Source of the DNA: Laetmonice hystrix
Taxonomy: Eukaryota
DNA length: 64,000 bases
Reading direction: 5' to 3'
NCBI GenBank assembly: GCA_965235115.1
Contig: OZ249436.1
Span: 47,742,001 to 47,806,000 of the forward strand
Of this stretch, positions 42,101 through 54,100 are shown one piece after another (within the stretch, counting starts at the first letter, position 1; every line of letters begins with the position of its first letter). The notes under the pieces were generated by a model, which worked only from the letters and a program-made list of their open reading frames with translations, ran no database searches and was not told the DNA's origin. Position numbers and translations under genes: made by a program.

Positions 42101-45100
42101 ATCGACCTGCTGCTCCTTCCTGAGGTCAGCGCCCTCAGAGTGACCAGCGGTCAGTCGGTTCAGCTCGGTCAGCGCTTCCTCCAGTGCGGCCTCCTTGGCG
42201 CTCAGTCTGGTCTGGACTGATCGAAGATCTCCCTCAGCTGAGGTCAGTCGCCGGGAGGAGGCAGCGTGGTCGGACTCCACGGCGTGTAGCTTGGACCGTA
42301 GGCTCTCACATTGACCTTCCAAAGTCCTGGTCTCGGGTGACCTTGACGGGGGCGTTCCTGCTGCCATCTTTAGACTGTTTCTCAGGCTCTCGTTCTCTGC
42401 TGAGATGGCGGCGTTCATATCCTCCAAGTTCCTAACCTTGGCCACCGTGAAATGGTTGGCTTTACCCAACTCGTGGACCTTCCTGTGAAAACATAGTGAA
42501 ATGGTTGGCTTTAATACCGAATTCGTTAACTTCCTTGTGAAAATTCGGTAAAAGTGATGCACGTATAATTATGGTGGACGTTACGGGGTACATCCCCCAC
42601 GATATCTGCACAAAATTTGCACAAAATTTCTGATACAGAATTTTTCAGGAATGTTAGTGGGGGGATAACCTCTCACTCAGTTCGGGAACTTTCCTGTGAC
42701 AATACGCAATCGTGAAATGGTAGGCCTTATCCAGTTCGTGTTAGCTTTTCATGATATAACCCGAGTTCCACCAATGCTTACTCAAGGGGACAGATTTACC
42801 AAATTGACACGTACTTCCCAAGGACACATTTACCAAATTGACACGTACTTCCCAAGGACACATTTACCAAATGGACACTTACTTCCCAAGGACAGATTTA
42901 CCAAATGGACAGTTACTTCCCAAGGACATATTTACCAAATGGACACTTACTATTTACCAAAGAGACACTTACCCAAGGACAGATTTACCAATGTACGCTT
43001 ACTTCCCAAGGACAGATTTACCAAATGGACACTTACTTGCCAAGGACAGATTTACCAATGTAGGCTTACTTGCCAAGGACAGATTTACCAAATGGACACT
43101 TACTTCCCAAGAACAGATTTACCAAACGGACACTTACTTCCCAAGGACAGATTTACCAAATGGACACTTACTTCCCAAGGACAGATTTACCAAATGGACA
43201 CTTACTTCCCAAGGACAGATTTACCAAATGGACACTTACTTCCCAAGAACAGATTTACCAAACGGACACTTACTTCCCAAGGACAGATTTACCAAACGGA
43301 CACTTACTTCCCAGGGACAGATTTACCAAATGGACACTTACTTCCCAGGGACACATTTACCAAATGGACACTTACTTCCCAGGGACAGATTTACCAAATG
43401 GACACTTACTTCCCAAGGAGAGATTTACCAAATGGACACTTACTTCCCAAGGACAGATTTACCAAAGAGACACTTACTTCCCAAGGACAGATTTACCAAA
43501 TGGACACTTACTTCCCAGGGACAGATTTACCAAATGGACACTTACTTTCCAGGGAGAGATTTACCAAATGGACACTTACTTCCCAGGGAGAGATTGACCA
43601 AACGGACACTTACTTCCCAAGGACAGATTTACCAAATGGACACTTACTTCCCAAGGAGAGATTTACCAAAGAGACACTTACTTTCCAAGAACAGATTCCA
43701 GTTCGTCCTTCTCCTTCGTGATATCCTCCAGCGTGTCCCTGAACCGATTTATCCTTTCCTCAAATACTGTCCGTTCATCTCGCAATACCTGCCAGGGCAT
43801 AACGCCATCTTTTGTCAAACCCGGTATATTGTGACATTGAATACTGTGAACAACATTGGAGAAGAACGTAACTCCGGTCAGTACAGACTTGGTTGAACGA
43901 ACTCTGTGTGTAATGGTTGGATGTAGACATTGATTCTAAAACCAAAGATTACTTCTGAGATGGAAATGAGTGAAAGATCATACAATTAAAATATTTTACA
44001 GTAATGACATTGAAACCACTGAAGAAAATCTTAATAATAACATGGTTAAAATGTTACATTCAGATTGGTACGAGGACAGGAGGAAAGGGAGGACAAACTA
44101 ATGTTCTACCCAAAGATTATTAGCAACAAATGAATGTTAAAACCTAAATACAAATGTACTATGACGTAAACAAGTAAGTGATATTGAGGTCAGCAATAGG
44201 CGAGAGAAGGTTACTTAGAGACTGAGACAATCAAACAAGAACGGTCAAGAGGCAATGGAAACATTAGATAAATATCCGTCACCGTCAACCATCAGGAAAA
44301 CATCTAATGAGAATGAGGAAAACAAGGTCAACCAAGGTCACGGAGGACAAGCCATACCCCCTAAAACTTAGCCTTCAGCTTATCGTGCACTAGCCATGGA
44401 AAACGGGTACGCTTAGCACACTCTAACAGTGCCAAACATGCCTTTTTTGGTTTTCTGGAAGAAGGGTTAACATGAGTTGGGTAAAATTACGACTCCAAAA
44501 GGCAAACCTTAAAACAAAACTGTCCACTACCAGTCACACAACTTAATGGCTAACAGTCTGAAATAAGAAACTTAATGATAACTTAACAGAACCTTAGAGC
44601 CTCTAACACCAACAAGTCCTACACCAATCACCTTACGGGTCTCCCACGAGCTGCCTGTATCAGTGTTGATTTCACCCGCACAATTCTCCCACTCCTTCAA
44701 TTCTTGGCCTAGTTCATTTTTACGTTGCCATAGTAACCAGATAATCTCCTGTTCCTGCCCTGGTCCCAGATTTTCCTCCTTTTTTATTTGTTCCATCACT
44801 GTCTTTAGTTCCTCTGCTTGCTGGTAGGTGGCGCCACGGCGGCAGAAAATAAAGATGCAGGAATGGGTACAAATGATCTCAGAACTTTCTCTATAGCCTC
44901 AAAGTTGGATCAAAACACGGTGTACGAGTGTATTTGGAGATGGTTGTCACGGAATAATAGACTCAAATAGCTTCAGCAACATGCAATGGTTTGTATTTCA
45001 ATACAATGTACACAGGATAGTCCAAATTCTGACTAACAACCCTGAAAAGTGAAATCTTTCGCTAATACAAATGTACAAATGACAAGGTCAAGACAAATTA

Positions 45101-48100
45101 AATTGCGTATTTTCTAAAGAGTGCACATAAATAAAACTATACCAACAGAGATTTCAGATCCACCTTAAATAATAATTCATGTGAAGACAATAAAAAATTA
45201 GCCGGGTCCATTAAGTTGACTGCCGGGAAGTAAGTATTGGTGCACCTTTTTTTGACCACCCCGTAGCTGTGAGAACTTAGAGTGAAGCGACACATTATCT
45301 GTGATCGTGCCACTTTCTACCATCTGAGCTCGTAATCTCTCGCTCTCGTCTCGCAGGTCTCGATATTTCTGCTCTACTGTCCGGTGTCTCTCCCTCTCTC
45401 TGGTCAGCTGACGTTTGAGTTCTTTCTCAGACACCTGGGACGGAGCAAAAACAAATTCTTCATTAAGAAAAATGGAGAATAAAGTTTTAAGTTGATGTCC
45501 CCCCTGATCCGACATGTTGTACGACTCCCTGCAGTGGTCAGGGTGATGAAGGTACAATCTACCTGTAACTTAGCGTTTTCTAGGATGAGTTTCTCCTCGA
45601 TGTCCGAGAGTTTGGAGGCCCGGTCTGCCCGCTCGTGGTGTAACCGATCCTCGGTTATCTTCAAACGTCGCTCCAGGGATATGACCTGGAGTCAGAACCT
45701 CGTCAGTAAATACATACAGGTTAGGTTCTATACGATTTCTACCTCGTCACAAAACACCAAGAGAATGACTCTTCTTTGTGAGAAGGTAGTAAATTACTCC
45801 ACCCAGATCTGTTGGCGGAAGGAAGACATTCACCGATTCTGTCCCAACTAGAATGTCAACATTGACCTACCTAACACTTAACAAATCTGTCCCAACTAGA
45901 ATGTCAACATTGACCTTACCAACATTCAAACAATAAAACACAACGTTTCTTCAAACAAGTATCCTTTCTGCTGCCGTCTTAGCTCAAGAAGGAAAAAACA
46001 AAACACCCCATCCAGCCGAAAAACTGCATACCCTATAGACAACACAAAAATACTAGTATCTGCTTCCAACATCACCACTTGAACCTAACAAAACTAATCA
46101 GAGATATTTCTTGTTACCTAGCTACGAACCTGTTTCTCAGCTACAGATGCCCCCGACGTCTCCTCCAGCTGCTGCTGCAGGAGGACCTTCATCTCAGTGA
46201 GTTTGGCCACCTGCGCACTGGCCTCCTGTCGTCGCTCAGCCTCCCTACTCCGGGCGTGCTCGCTCTCCTCCCACAGCTGTCGGGCCCTCCTGCTGTCCTC
46301 CTGTAGGCACAAACACGGGTGATTTCCCCCTAGGGGCGGACCATTTAACTTTGATGGGGGGGGGGGGGGGCGGGTAGGAAGATTTAGTTTGGACAGAATA
46401 TTATTTTCATACAATTTCAGTGCCGGATTTTTTTTTAGACATTTCAATGAATCTTTATTCAATGACAGGGGCAGCCAAATTTTTTTGAAGAAATTGGAGC
46501 CAGGAAATTTATTCATAATTCATATTCATATTCATAGATTTGGGTAAGTGTTAGAGACAGAGCAAGGAATGCTGCAAACTTTTGGGGAGAGTTAGGTCTG
46601 GGGCTAGGAATGGTGAACACTTTTGGGGAGAGTTAGGTCTGGGGCTAGGAATGGTGAAAACTTGTGGGGAGAGTTAGGTTTGGGGCTTGGAATGGTGCAA
46701 ACTTTTGGGGAGAGTTAGATCTGGGGCTAGGAATGGTGCAAACTTTTGGGGAGAGTTAGGTCTGGGGCTAGGAATGGTGCAAACGTTTGGGGAGAGTTAG
46801 GTCTGGGGCTAGGAATGGTGCAAACTTTTGGGGAGAGTTAGGTCTGGGGCTAGGAATGGTGATAACGTTTTGCGAGTGTTAGGTCTGGGGCTTGGAATGG
46901 TGATAACTTTTGGGGAGAGTTAGGCCTAGGGCTAGGAATGGTGCAAACTTTTGGGCAGAGTTAGGTCTGGGGCTAGGAATGGTGATAACTTTTGGGCAGA
47001 GTTAGGTCTGGGGCTAGGAATGGTGATAACGTTTTGCAAGGGTTAGGTCTGGGGCTAGGAATGGTGAGAAATTTTTAGTTCTTACGTGTATCTGTATTTC
47101 TAATATATAGTTTGAATCACTATTTATAATGTGACTCACCCTGAGAGAGCTGACTTCAGTCCTGAAGCTCTCAATGATACGAGATCGGTCACCTGGGTGT
47201 CTGAATCCATCTGTACCACGGCGAGAGGCTTCCAGCTGTTTCTCCAGTGAGGCATTCTGAATCAGGAGGCATTCACAGATCACTTTCACGTCAGACAAAC
47301 ACCAAACAATTTTTTTACGTGGGTCTAATCAAAGTGGAGTCAGTATTTAAACTGTTCATAACCATCAAAATCAAGTTGGTAGTTCTTGTTTTGATGTGAA
47401 GATGTCTGACGTATGACATCATAGAGAGAATCTCCTGTATGACGTCATACACAGAATCTCTTGTATGACGTCATAGACAGAATCTCTTACGTCAGATTTG
47501 ATCATCTCGAGTTGTTTTGTCAAAGTAACGATCCTCTGCTGAAGCTCCGTTTGGCTCTGTTCACCAAGATCACGAGCTCGTCGCTTCATCGCTGACATTT
47601 CGTCTGAGATCTCATCGTTCATGTAGATGGCTTCCTTACGGGTTGAATTCAGCTGGCTCTCCAACTGACTTATCCGTGCTGGGAGGGAGACAAAAATAAA
47701 TCACAAATCCTAACAAAGGAAGCCTTGGAGGTGGTAGTAATTCAATGAGAGATGCTTTACGCTTTCAGGTACACGTGCATCTACTAATATTTTAAATATC
47801 CATCTCGATAAAGAGTGAAGAATTTGCCGTCTGTAGAAAAGGAAATATTACACTCGTCTTATTTTGGTCACGGGAACTCTCATATCTAATCGTCACTTTT
47901 ACTGACCTTGACCGCGGTTATATTTGTCCTTCAACAGCTTATTCTCCGTCTGAAGAGTGGAGATTTCCATCTGCAACTTCCGCAACTGACTCTCGAGCAC
48001 GTCCTGTGTGTGTTCAAGGACACATTAATTAGTGTTGACTAATTATCGATCTTAATGTATTTTTCTATTATAACTAACGAGTCCAAGACCACATCAATGA

Positions 48101-51100
48101 CATATATAGGCAGGCAACTGAATATCTATGCACATCCTATGACAACTCTGCGTCATATTTTGCTCAGTTGCCATGGAGATTTATATTTTATGACCGTATT
48201 TTAACTTTTTCAAAAGATAACTTCAAACTCTCCACTTTAAGTGTTCTTCCAATCTTACTGAACCCTTCCATGGTTCATGTTTGATGAGTCATACTCTTCA
48301 CATTAGTAACCAGTGGCAAATACAAGTCTGCAGTAGTATTTTATCTTGTTCGAGTCTTTACACGTATTCACAACTTTTAGCAGACTTTCTCTTCAAGTTC
48401 TTAACTACCGGTAAACAATAAATGGCGACTTTCAGCTCAGATACTTATAATAACATACAAAGGTGAAATCAAGCTTTAATACGAATTTATTTTTTTATAT
48501 TTTTATTTTTTTGTAAATCAAAGTAAATATGCCTTTTCCGTTAAAGGTAAAGTATTACGTGGTGTATAGAAAGCGATAGGACGACGTATGTGATTCTTAG
48601 AATTCCATGTGACACTACCAAACGTTAAAAACAAGTTAGGAATATATTCAGGCGGGGTAGAACCTTGGAGGGGTGACTGAGATTACCTTGCATCTCTGTC
48701 AGAGAGACAGAGAGATAGGGGCACACTGAAGCAGGTATACATAAGGTAGTGAGGGTGTCACACCTGGCCTAAGGTAAATTACACCTCTATGAGCCCCTGG
48801 TATACAGGTGTAATGCAGTGAGGGTGTCACACCTGGCCATAAGGTAAGTTGTACCTTTATTAGACCCTTCCAGGTGGTGTAGGCAGACAGAGTGGGCTGC
48901 CGCCTCAGCAGACCGTCCATGGCCACGTCCAGGACATGCTTCAAGGTCATACAATAACGTCTGCACACAATGTCTTGCACTGACTGCCTTACAATATCCT
49001 AACCTCCTGTCCTCATCCCTTCAATGCTACACCAACACCTCAACTCTTCAACTTAAGACGTGCAGATGTTATGTCACCAAAGTCACTTTACTTAGATCTG
49101 TATAGGTATTCTCCAGATAATCTATGGTTAAATACCGTAATCTTCCGTGTATAAGCCGCACTTTTTTCCTCCTCAAATTAATCATAAATCAGGGGTGCGG
49201 CTTATACATGGCCACAAGCGTCTGGAGACTTCTAGACTACGTCTATGTGGAGACCAAGTCATCCCTAGGTGGCGCCACCAACGCTATTATTACACCCCTA
49301 GTGGTGGTATTGCGAATAAAGTATTAATGTTATATATATAGAGTTATAGATTTAAAGAAACATATAGAGAGAGATATAGACAGACTCACAGAGAAAGATT
49401 CTGGGCAAGATCATCATTTGAATGGGACAAAGGACAGGCATTTCTGATGGGAACTGGCCTGCTTTATGCCCACAACCCGTTAATACCCATTGTTTTACGT
49501 GTGACTCTTTGCTGACTAAGACAGTGAGGTGGATTCCCAAAATAAAAGTGGGTCCTATTGTTTTCAATGCCCCGTGAAAGCAACGGCCCGTTTAACAATG
49601 GGAGGTGATGGTGGCACCGGCGTCTGGCCAACGACTTTTCACACTATGGCCAAGCTGGTGAAACACCTAGCTGATACACGTCTCAGCCTGTAGGGTTGAT
49701 GGTTGGGGCCCAACTTTGCTACGACTGGCGTCAGAAACGTGATTTTTTTTTTCTCTGACTTTTGCTCTAAAAACGGGGGTGCGGCTTATACATGGCCGCG
49801 GCTTATACACGGAAGATTACGGTACATTTCATAACTTCAGACCATTGTTACACATTGTGAACAGGCTGGTTTGTACCCAGTGTGTGGTCAGATCCAGTGT
49901 ATACTCAGGTCCAGTGTGTGTTAAACTTTAAAGTGTGTAAAACTAGCTTTGCTTGCGTGTATCTCCCTAACTCTCAGACATGACCTTGCATGACCTCCAT
50001 CTGTTATCTTTATCTTTATCTTTATACCTTTTATCTTTATCTAAAACGTAAAACCAGAGGATACTCACTTTTTCCACCAGTAATTTGCTGACGTCAGACG
50101 TTCCCTTCTTCTTGAATCCACTCCCTCCAAGCACCTTGAATTACAAAACAAACCTTGTATAGTATAGTATGTATGTCTAGGAATGGGACATCAGAGACGT
50201 GTTTACCTTGGAATGGTCCAGATTCTGTCTATACTGACCTGATCGGGGTCGGGGGACGCAACCAGGGATGTCGGCAGACTGGATCCAGTTTTCTTTATCA
50301 GACCAAACAAGATGGCGGCAGGGCAAGGTGAGTAGCGTGGAGAGAGAATAGAATCCATGAGTCGGTTAGTCTCGCCACTGTTGGAACATGTGCTCAGAGA
50401 CATCGGCTCTCTGGTACATGTTCCGGACACAGTTGTGGGTTTGGCAGGTGAGAATGGAGGAACAGGGACTTTACTATGAAAAAGGTCTGTGGAGATGTTA
50501 TACCCCATGGAACTTGTTCTGTTGGAAACGTTGGACTTGGAAATGTTCTGGATTGGATGGACGGGGGACCTTTCGGTCAAACCATGGACGCTGTATTGAG
50601 AGTTGGTTTTTGCAGTTTCGAGACGGTTGTAAACATCTGCAATGAGGGCCTGGGTTTTGGCTTTGGCGTGGGAATGATGAAATGAGGATGAATACCATTT
50701 GGCAGGAGAGGGAGTCGGAAAGAGATTGAAAGACTCAAAGTTCTTGCTTAGTTCGATGTTTTCCAAGTTAAACTTTTCCTCATGTTTAATGGTAGGCTCA
50801 ACGGAGGATTTCTCTTCAAGGTCCTTCTGGGGTTGGATGTCTATTGTTGCTCGACTGATGTACAGTTTAGACTCTTCAACATGCTGCTCCTTCTCAGTGG
50901 TGACAGGTTGGATCTCAGGACTGTGAACTCGGAGAACGGCTGAATCACTGCGTTCTGTGGTTTGACCTTCAAGGTTGTCCTTGTTAACAGACGCCAGCCA
51001 GGTCAAGACGCTGCCCCACTCCTCTCTGGTTCCCTTGGAATCGTCGGTGGTCTCAAGGTCATCTATATCGCCAAGGTCATCCAGAGTGTTGTCACTTTCA

Positions 51101-54100
51101 TGGTCCTGTGACACGGCACGATCTTCAAGGTCGTCCAGGACGTTGTCAGTTTCACGGTTCAGTGCCTCAATGTCAGGGTCGTCACAGCTTGGCACCAGTT
51201 CTAGGGACAATGGCGGGCGGTCCAAGGGTCTAGCGACCATCTGCTGTGTTGAGCTGCCAGTTTCCAGCTTTTCTGGCTCCTTGGCAGGTGGACTTTTAAT
51301 CTGCAGAATCAGAGGCGCACTTTCTCTTCGACTTCTCGGTTCAACCATCTTTGAGCCGCCAAAAGTGGGAACAGAAGAATGCCTGATGGCTGTCATTGTG
51401 ACGTCACGACCAAGTACCTTGTGTAGAAGGCTTGACGCACTGTTGAGGAGGGCCAACGACGGGTGACCTTTGACATCATTACGTTCTTTCTGCTCAGCAA
51501 CGTTCTCAAGGAGCTTGCGTGCGTTCTCTTCCAATACGTTTTCCTCCTGCTCGGAATTCTCCTGCTCCAGTAAGTTCATTAAGGTGGACGCTGTCTGGAA
51601 GAGAACAATGGTGCTCTCATCCCGTAATCCCCCGTCCTTCCCGCCTACGTCCTCACGTCTGACCTGTGCAGCGGTATACTCGATCACCTGCCGAATAAAG
51701 ACTGAGACGTCAGAGATGACCTGGCTGTGTAGAAGGAGCTCTGATGGCGTGTCACATGAAGTTGAGGAGGTCCTCTCTGTGAATGAACTGGTTCTTTCCC
51801 TGTCTTCAACCTTCTTCAGCAGCTCGGATGGGGTAGGAGGCGGAGAGGATTGTTGGTCATTCATGGCGTCAGGCTGACTGATTTCGTCTTCATGAGAGGA
51901 GCTGATCTCAAGTCCTGTTTCTTCAATGACATCATCCTTGTCCTCAGTGATGATCGGGGTGAGATCATCCAGGCTGGTTTTAATCCGTTCGTGCCAGGTT
52001 GACAGATTATCGCCATCCCAACTGTCCTCTTTCCGTGGGTAGAACACTGTCTCCACCTCCTTGTCGAAAGTCACCTTGGAATCGCGGTGCAGAGAGGTGC
52101 TGGAGTCAGGGCTGACGCTAACACTACTTCTCTCTGAACTGTCTTCTTCCGGTGACGAATACACGAGCCTCCTTTTGAGGATTGATGTCCGGATGATGGA
52201 GGAATTCTGGGAAAAGTCGGAGGTGTCAACCAGAGAGACAGGAGGAGGCAGGTCCTCATCAGAGGACGTGCTCTTCTCATCATTATAATATTGGCGGTTC
52301 CCAGTCTGGAACGGCACAAAAGCGCGGCCACTTTTTGGGGTTGATGTGACAAAGTTGCTGGCGTCGATTTCTAGATCGGACCCATTGATACTGCTGAGTT
52401 CGGCCATGGATGACGTAAGGCGGTCTGAGGTAGACACTGACTCAGTAGATGCAGTGTATCCAGACAGCATGGAGTCCTTAGGTGAAACATCATGGAGAGG
52501 TTTAATCAATAGGACACTGGTCTCAGCGGGGTCCTCAGTGCTGGCACCTCTCCGCCATGACACAGGTAACTGCGACACTTGGTCTGACCTGGCCTGTTCT
52601 TCTGGCGCCGTAGAAGTCTCAGTGTGGACATCTTTGAACGAGTTCAGAGGGCTGTCCGGTTCAGCTGTCTTTTCTTCGATGGAAGATCTTCTCTTGGAAG
52701 ACTCATGTAACATTTTGTCATGGATCTTGGAGGTAAATGGTTTGGTGATTTTCTGATATTCTCTTCTAACTGGAACCGCATCAACTTCATCATGGTTCTC
52801 GTGCATCTGATCATGATCACTCTCTCTATGTACCTGGTCCATCAAAGCATTATCACTTTCTCTATGTACCTGGTCCACCAAAGCATTATCACTTTCTCTA
52901 TGTGCCTGGTCCTCCAAGGAATTATGACTTTCTCTATGTACCTGGTCCTCCAAGGCATTATGACTTTCTCTATGTACCTGGTCCACCAAGGCATTATCAC
53001 TTTCTCTATGTGCCTGGTCCTCCAAGGCATTATGACTTTCTCTATGTACCTGGTCCTCCAAGGCATTATCACTTTCTCTATGTGCCTGGTCCACCAAGGC
53101 ATTATCACTTTCTCTATGTACCTGGTCCTCCAAAGCATTATCACTTTCTCTATGTACCTGGCCCACCAAAGCATTATCACTTTCTCTATGTGCCTGGTCC
53201 TCCAAGGCATGATCACTCTCTCTATGTACCTGGTCCACCAAAGTATTATCACTTTCTCTATGTACCTGGTCCACCAAGGCATTATGACTTTCTCTATGTA
53301 CCTGGTCCTCCAAGGCATTATCACTTTCTCTATGTACCTGGCCCTCCAAGGCATTATCACTTTCTGTGTGTTTACGGTTCTCTTCGATGTTATCAACCTC
53401 CTCAAGTTCTTCCATAGTCTGGCCAGTGTTTTCCCTATGTCCAAGTTCTGGGTCATTGATTCTGATATCATTCTCCTTGGAGTCATCTTCGCGAATGAAG
53501 AGATCCTCAGCTTCCGTTTTGGGAAGATCCTCGTCTACGGGACCTCCCTCGACAGTGTCCGAGAGAACCAGAGGCTCCTCCGGAGCAGGGTTCCTCACCA
53601 AGGGGGCCTTGTCCAGACTCATCCCGTCCTCCTCCAGGGCTGGGTGTAAGGCATCTTCTCGGCCTTCCCTTTCAGTGGCTCCAACCACGTAATCTTCCAT
53701 GGAAGATGTCTCCGAGTCCTGAGGTTCAGATTGCTGCGGACCAGAACTAAATTGGAGGTTCTCCGTGCTTTGTACAGGATCGTCTAATATGTGTACCCTG
53801 CTTTCACCAACTTGAGCTTTCCCTGGGCTGGCTCCTTCAACAGAGGCCGACTGATCTGGCTTGGGTGCGTCTGAATGATCTGGTCCAGGTGTGTCTGAAG
53901 GGTCGGGCTCGGGTGTGTCTGAAGGGTCGGGCTCAGGTGTGTCTGAAGGGTTGGGCTCAGGTGTGTCTGGAATGTCGGGCTCAGGTGTGTCTAAAGGATC
54001 GGGCTCAGGTGTGTCTGAAGGGTCGGGCTCAGGTGTGTCTGAAGGGTCGGGCTCAGGTGTGTCTGGAGGGCCGGGTTCGGGTGTGTCTGAAGGGTCAATC

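Noticed and set aside
42696..43896. Long plus-strand ORFs (341, 352 and 175 aa)
   Set aside because: Products of the stop-free 34-bp repeat, antisense to the real gene.
49124..49567. Small ORFs duplicated at 60566-61006
   Set aside because: They lie inside the 688-bp MITE and show no transposase motifs.
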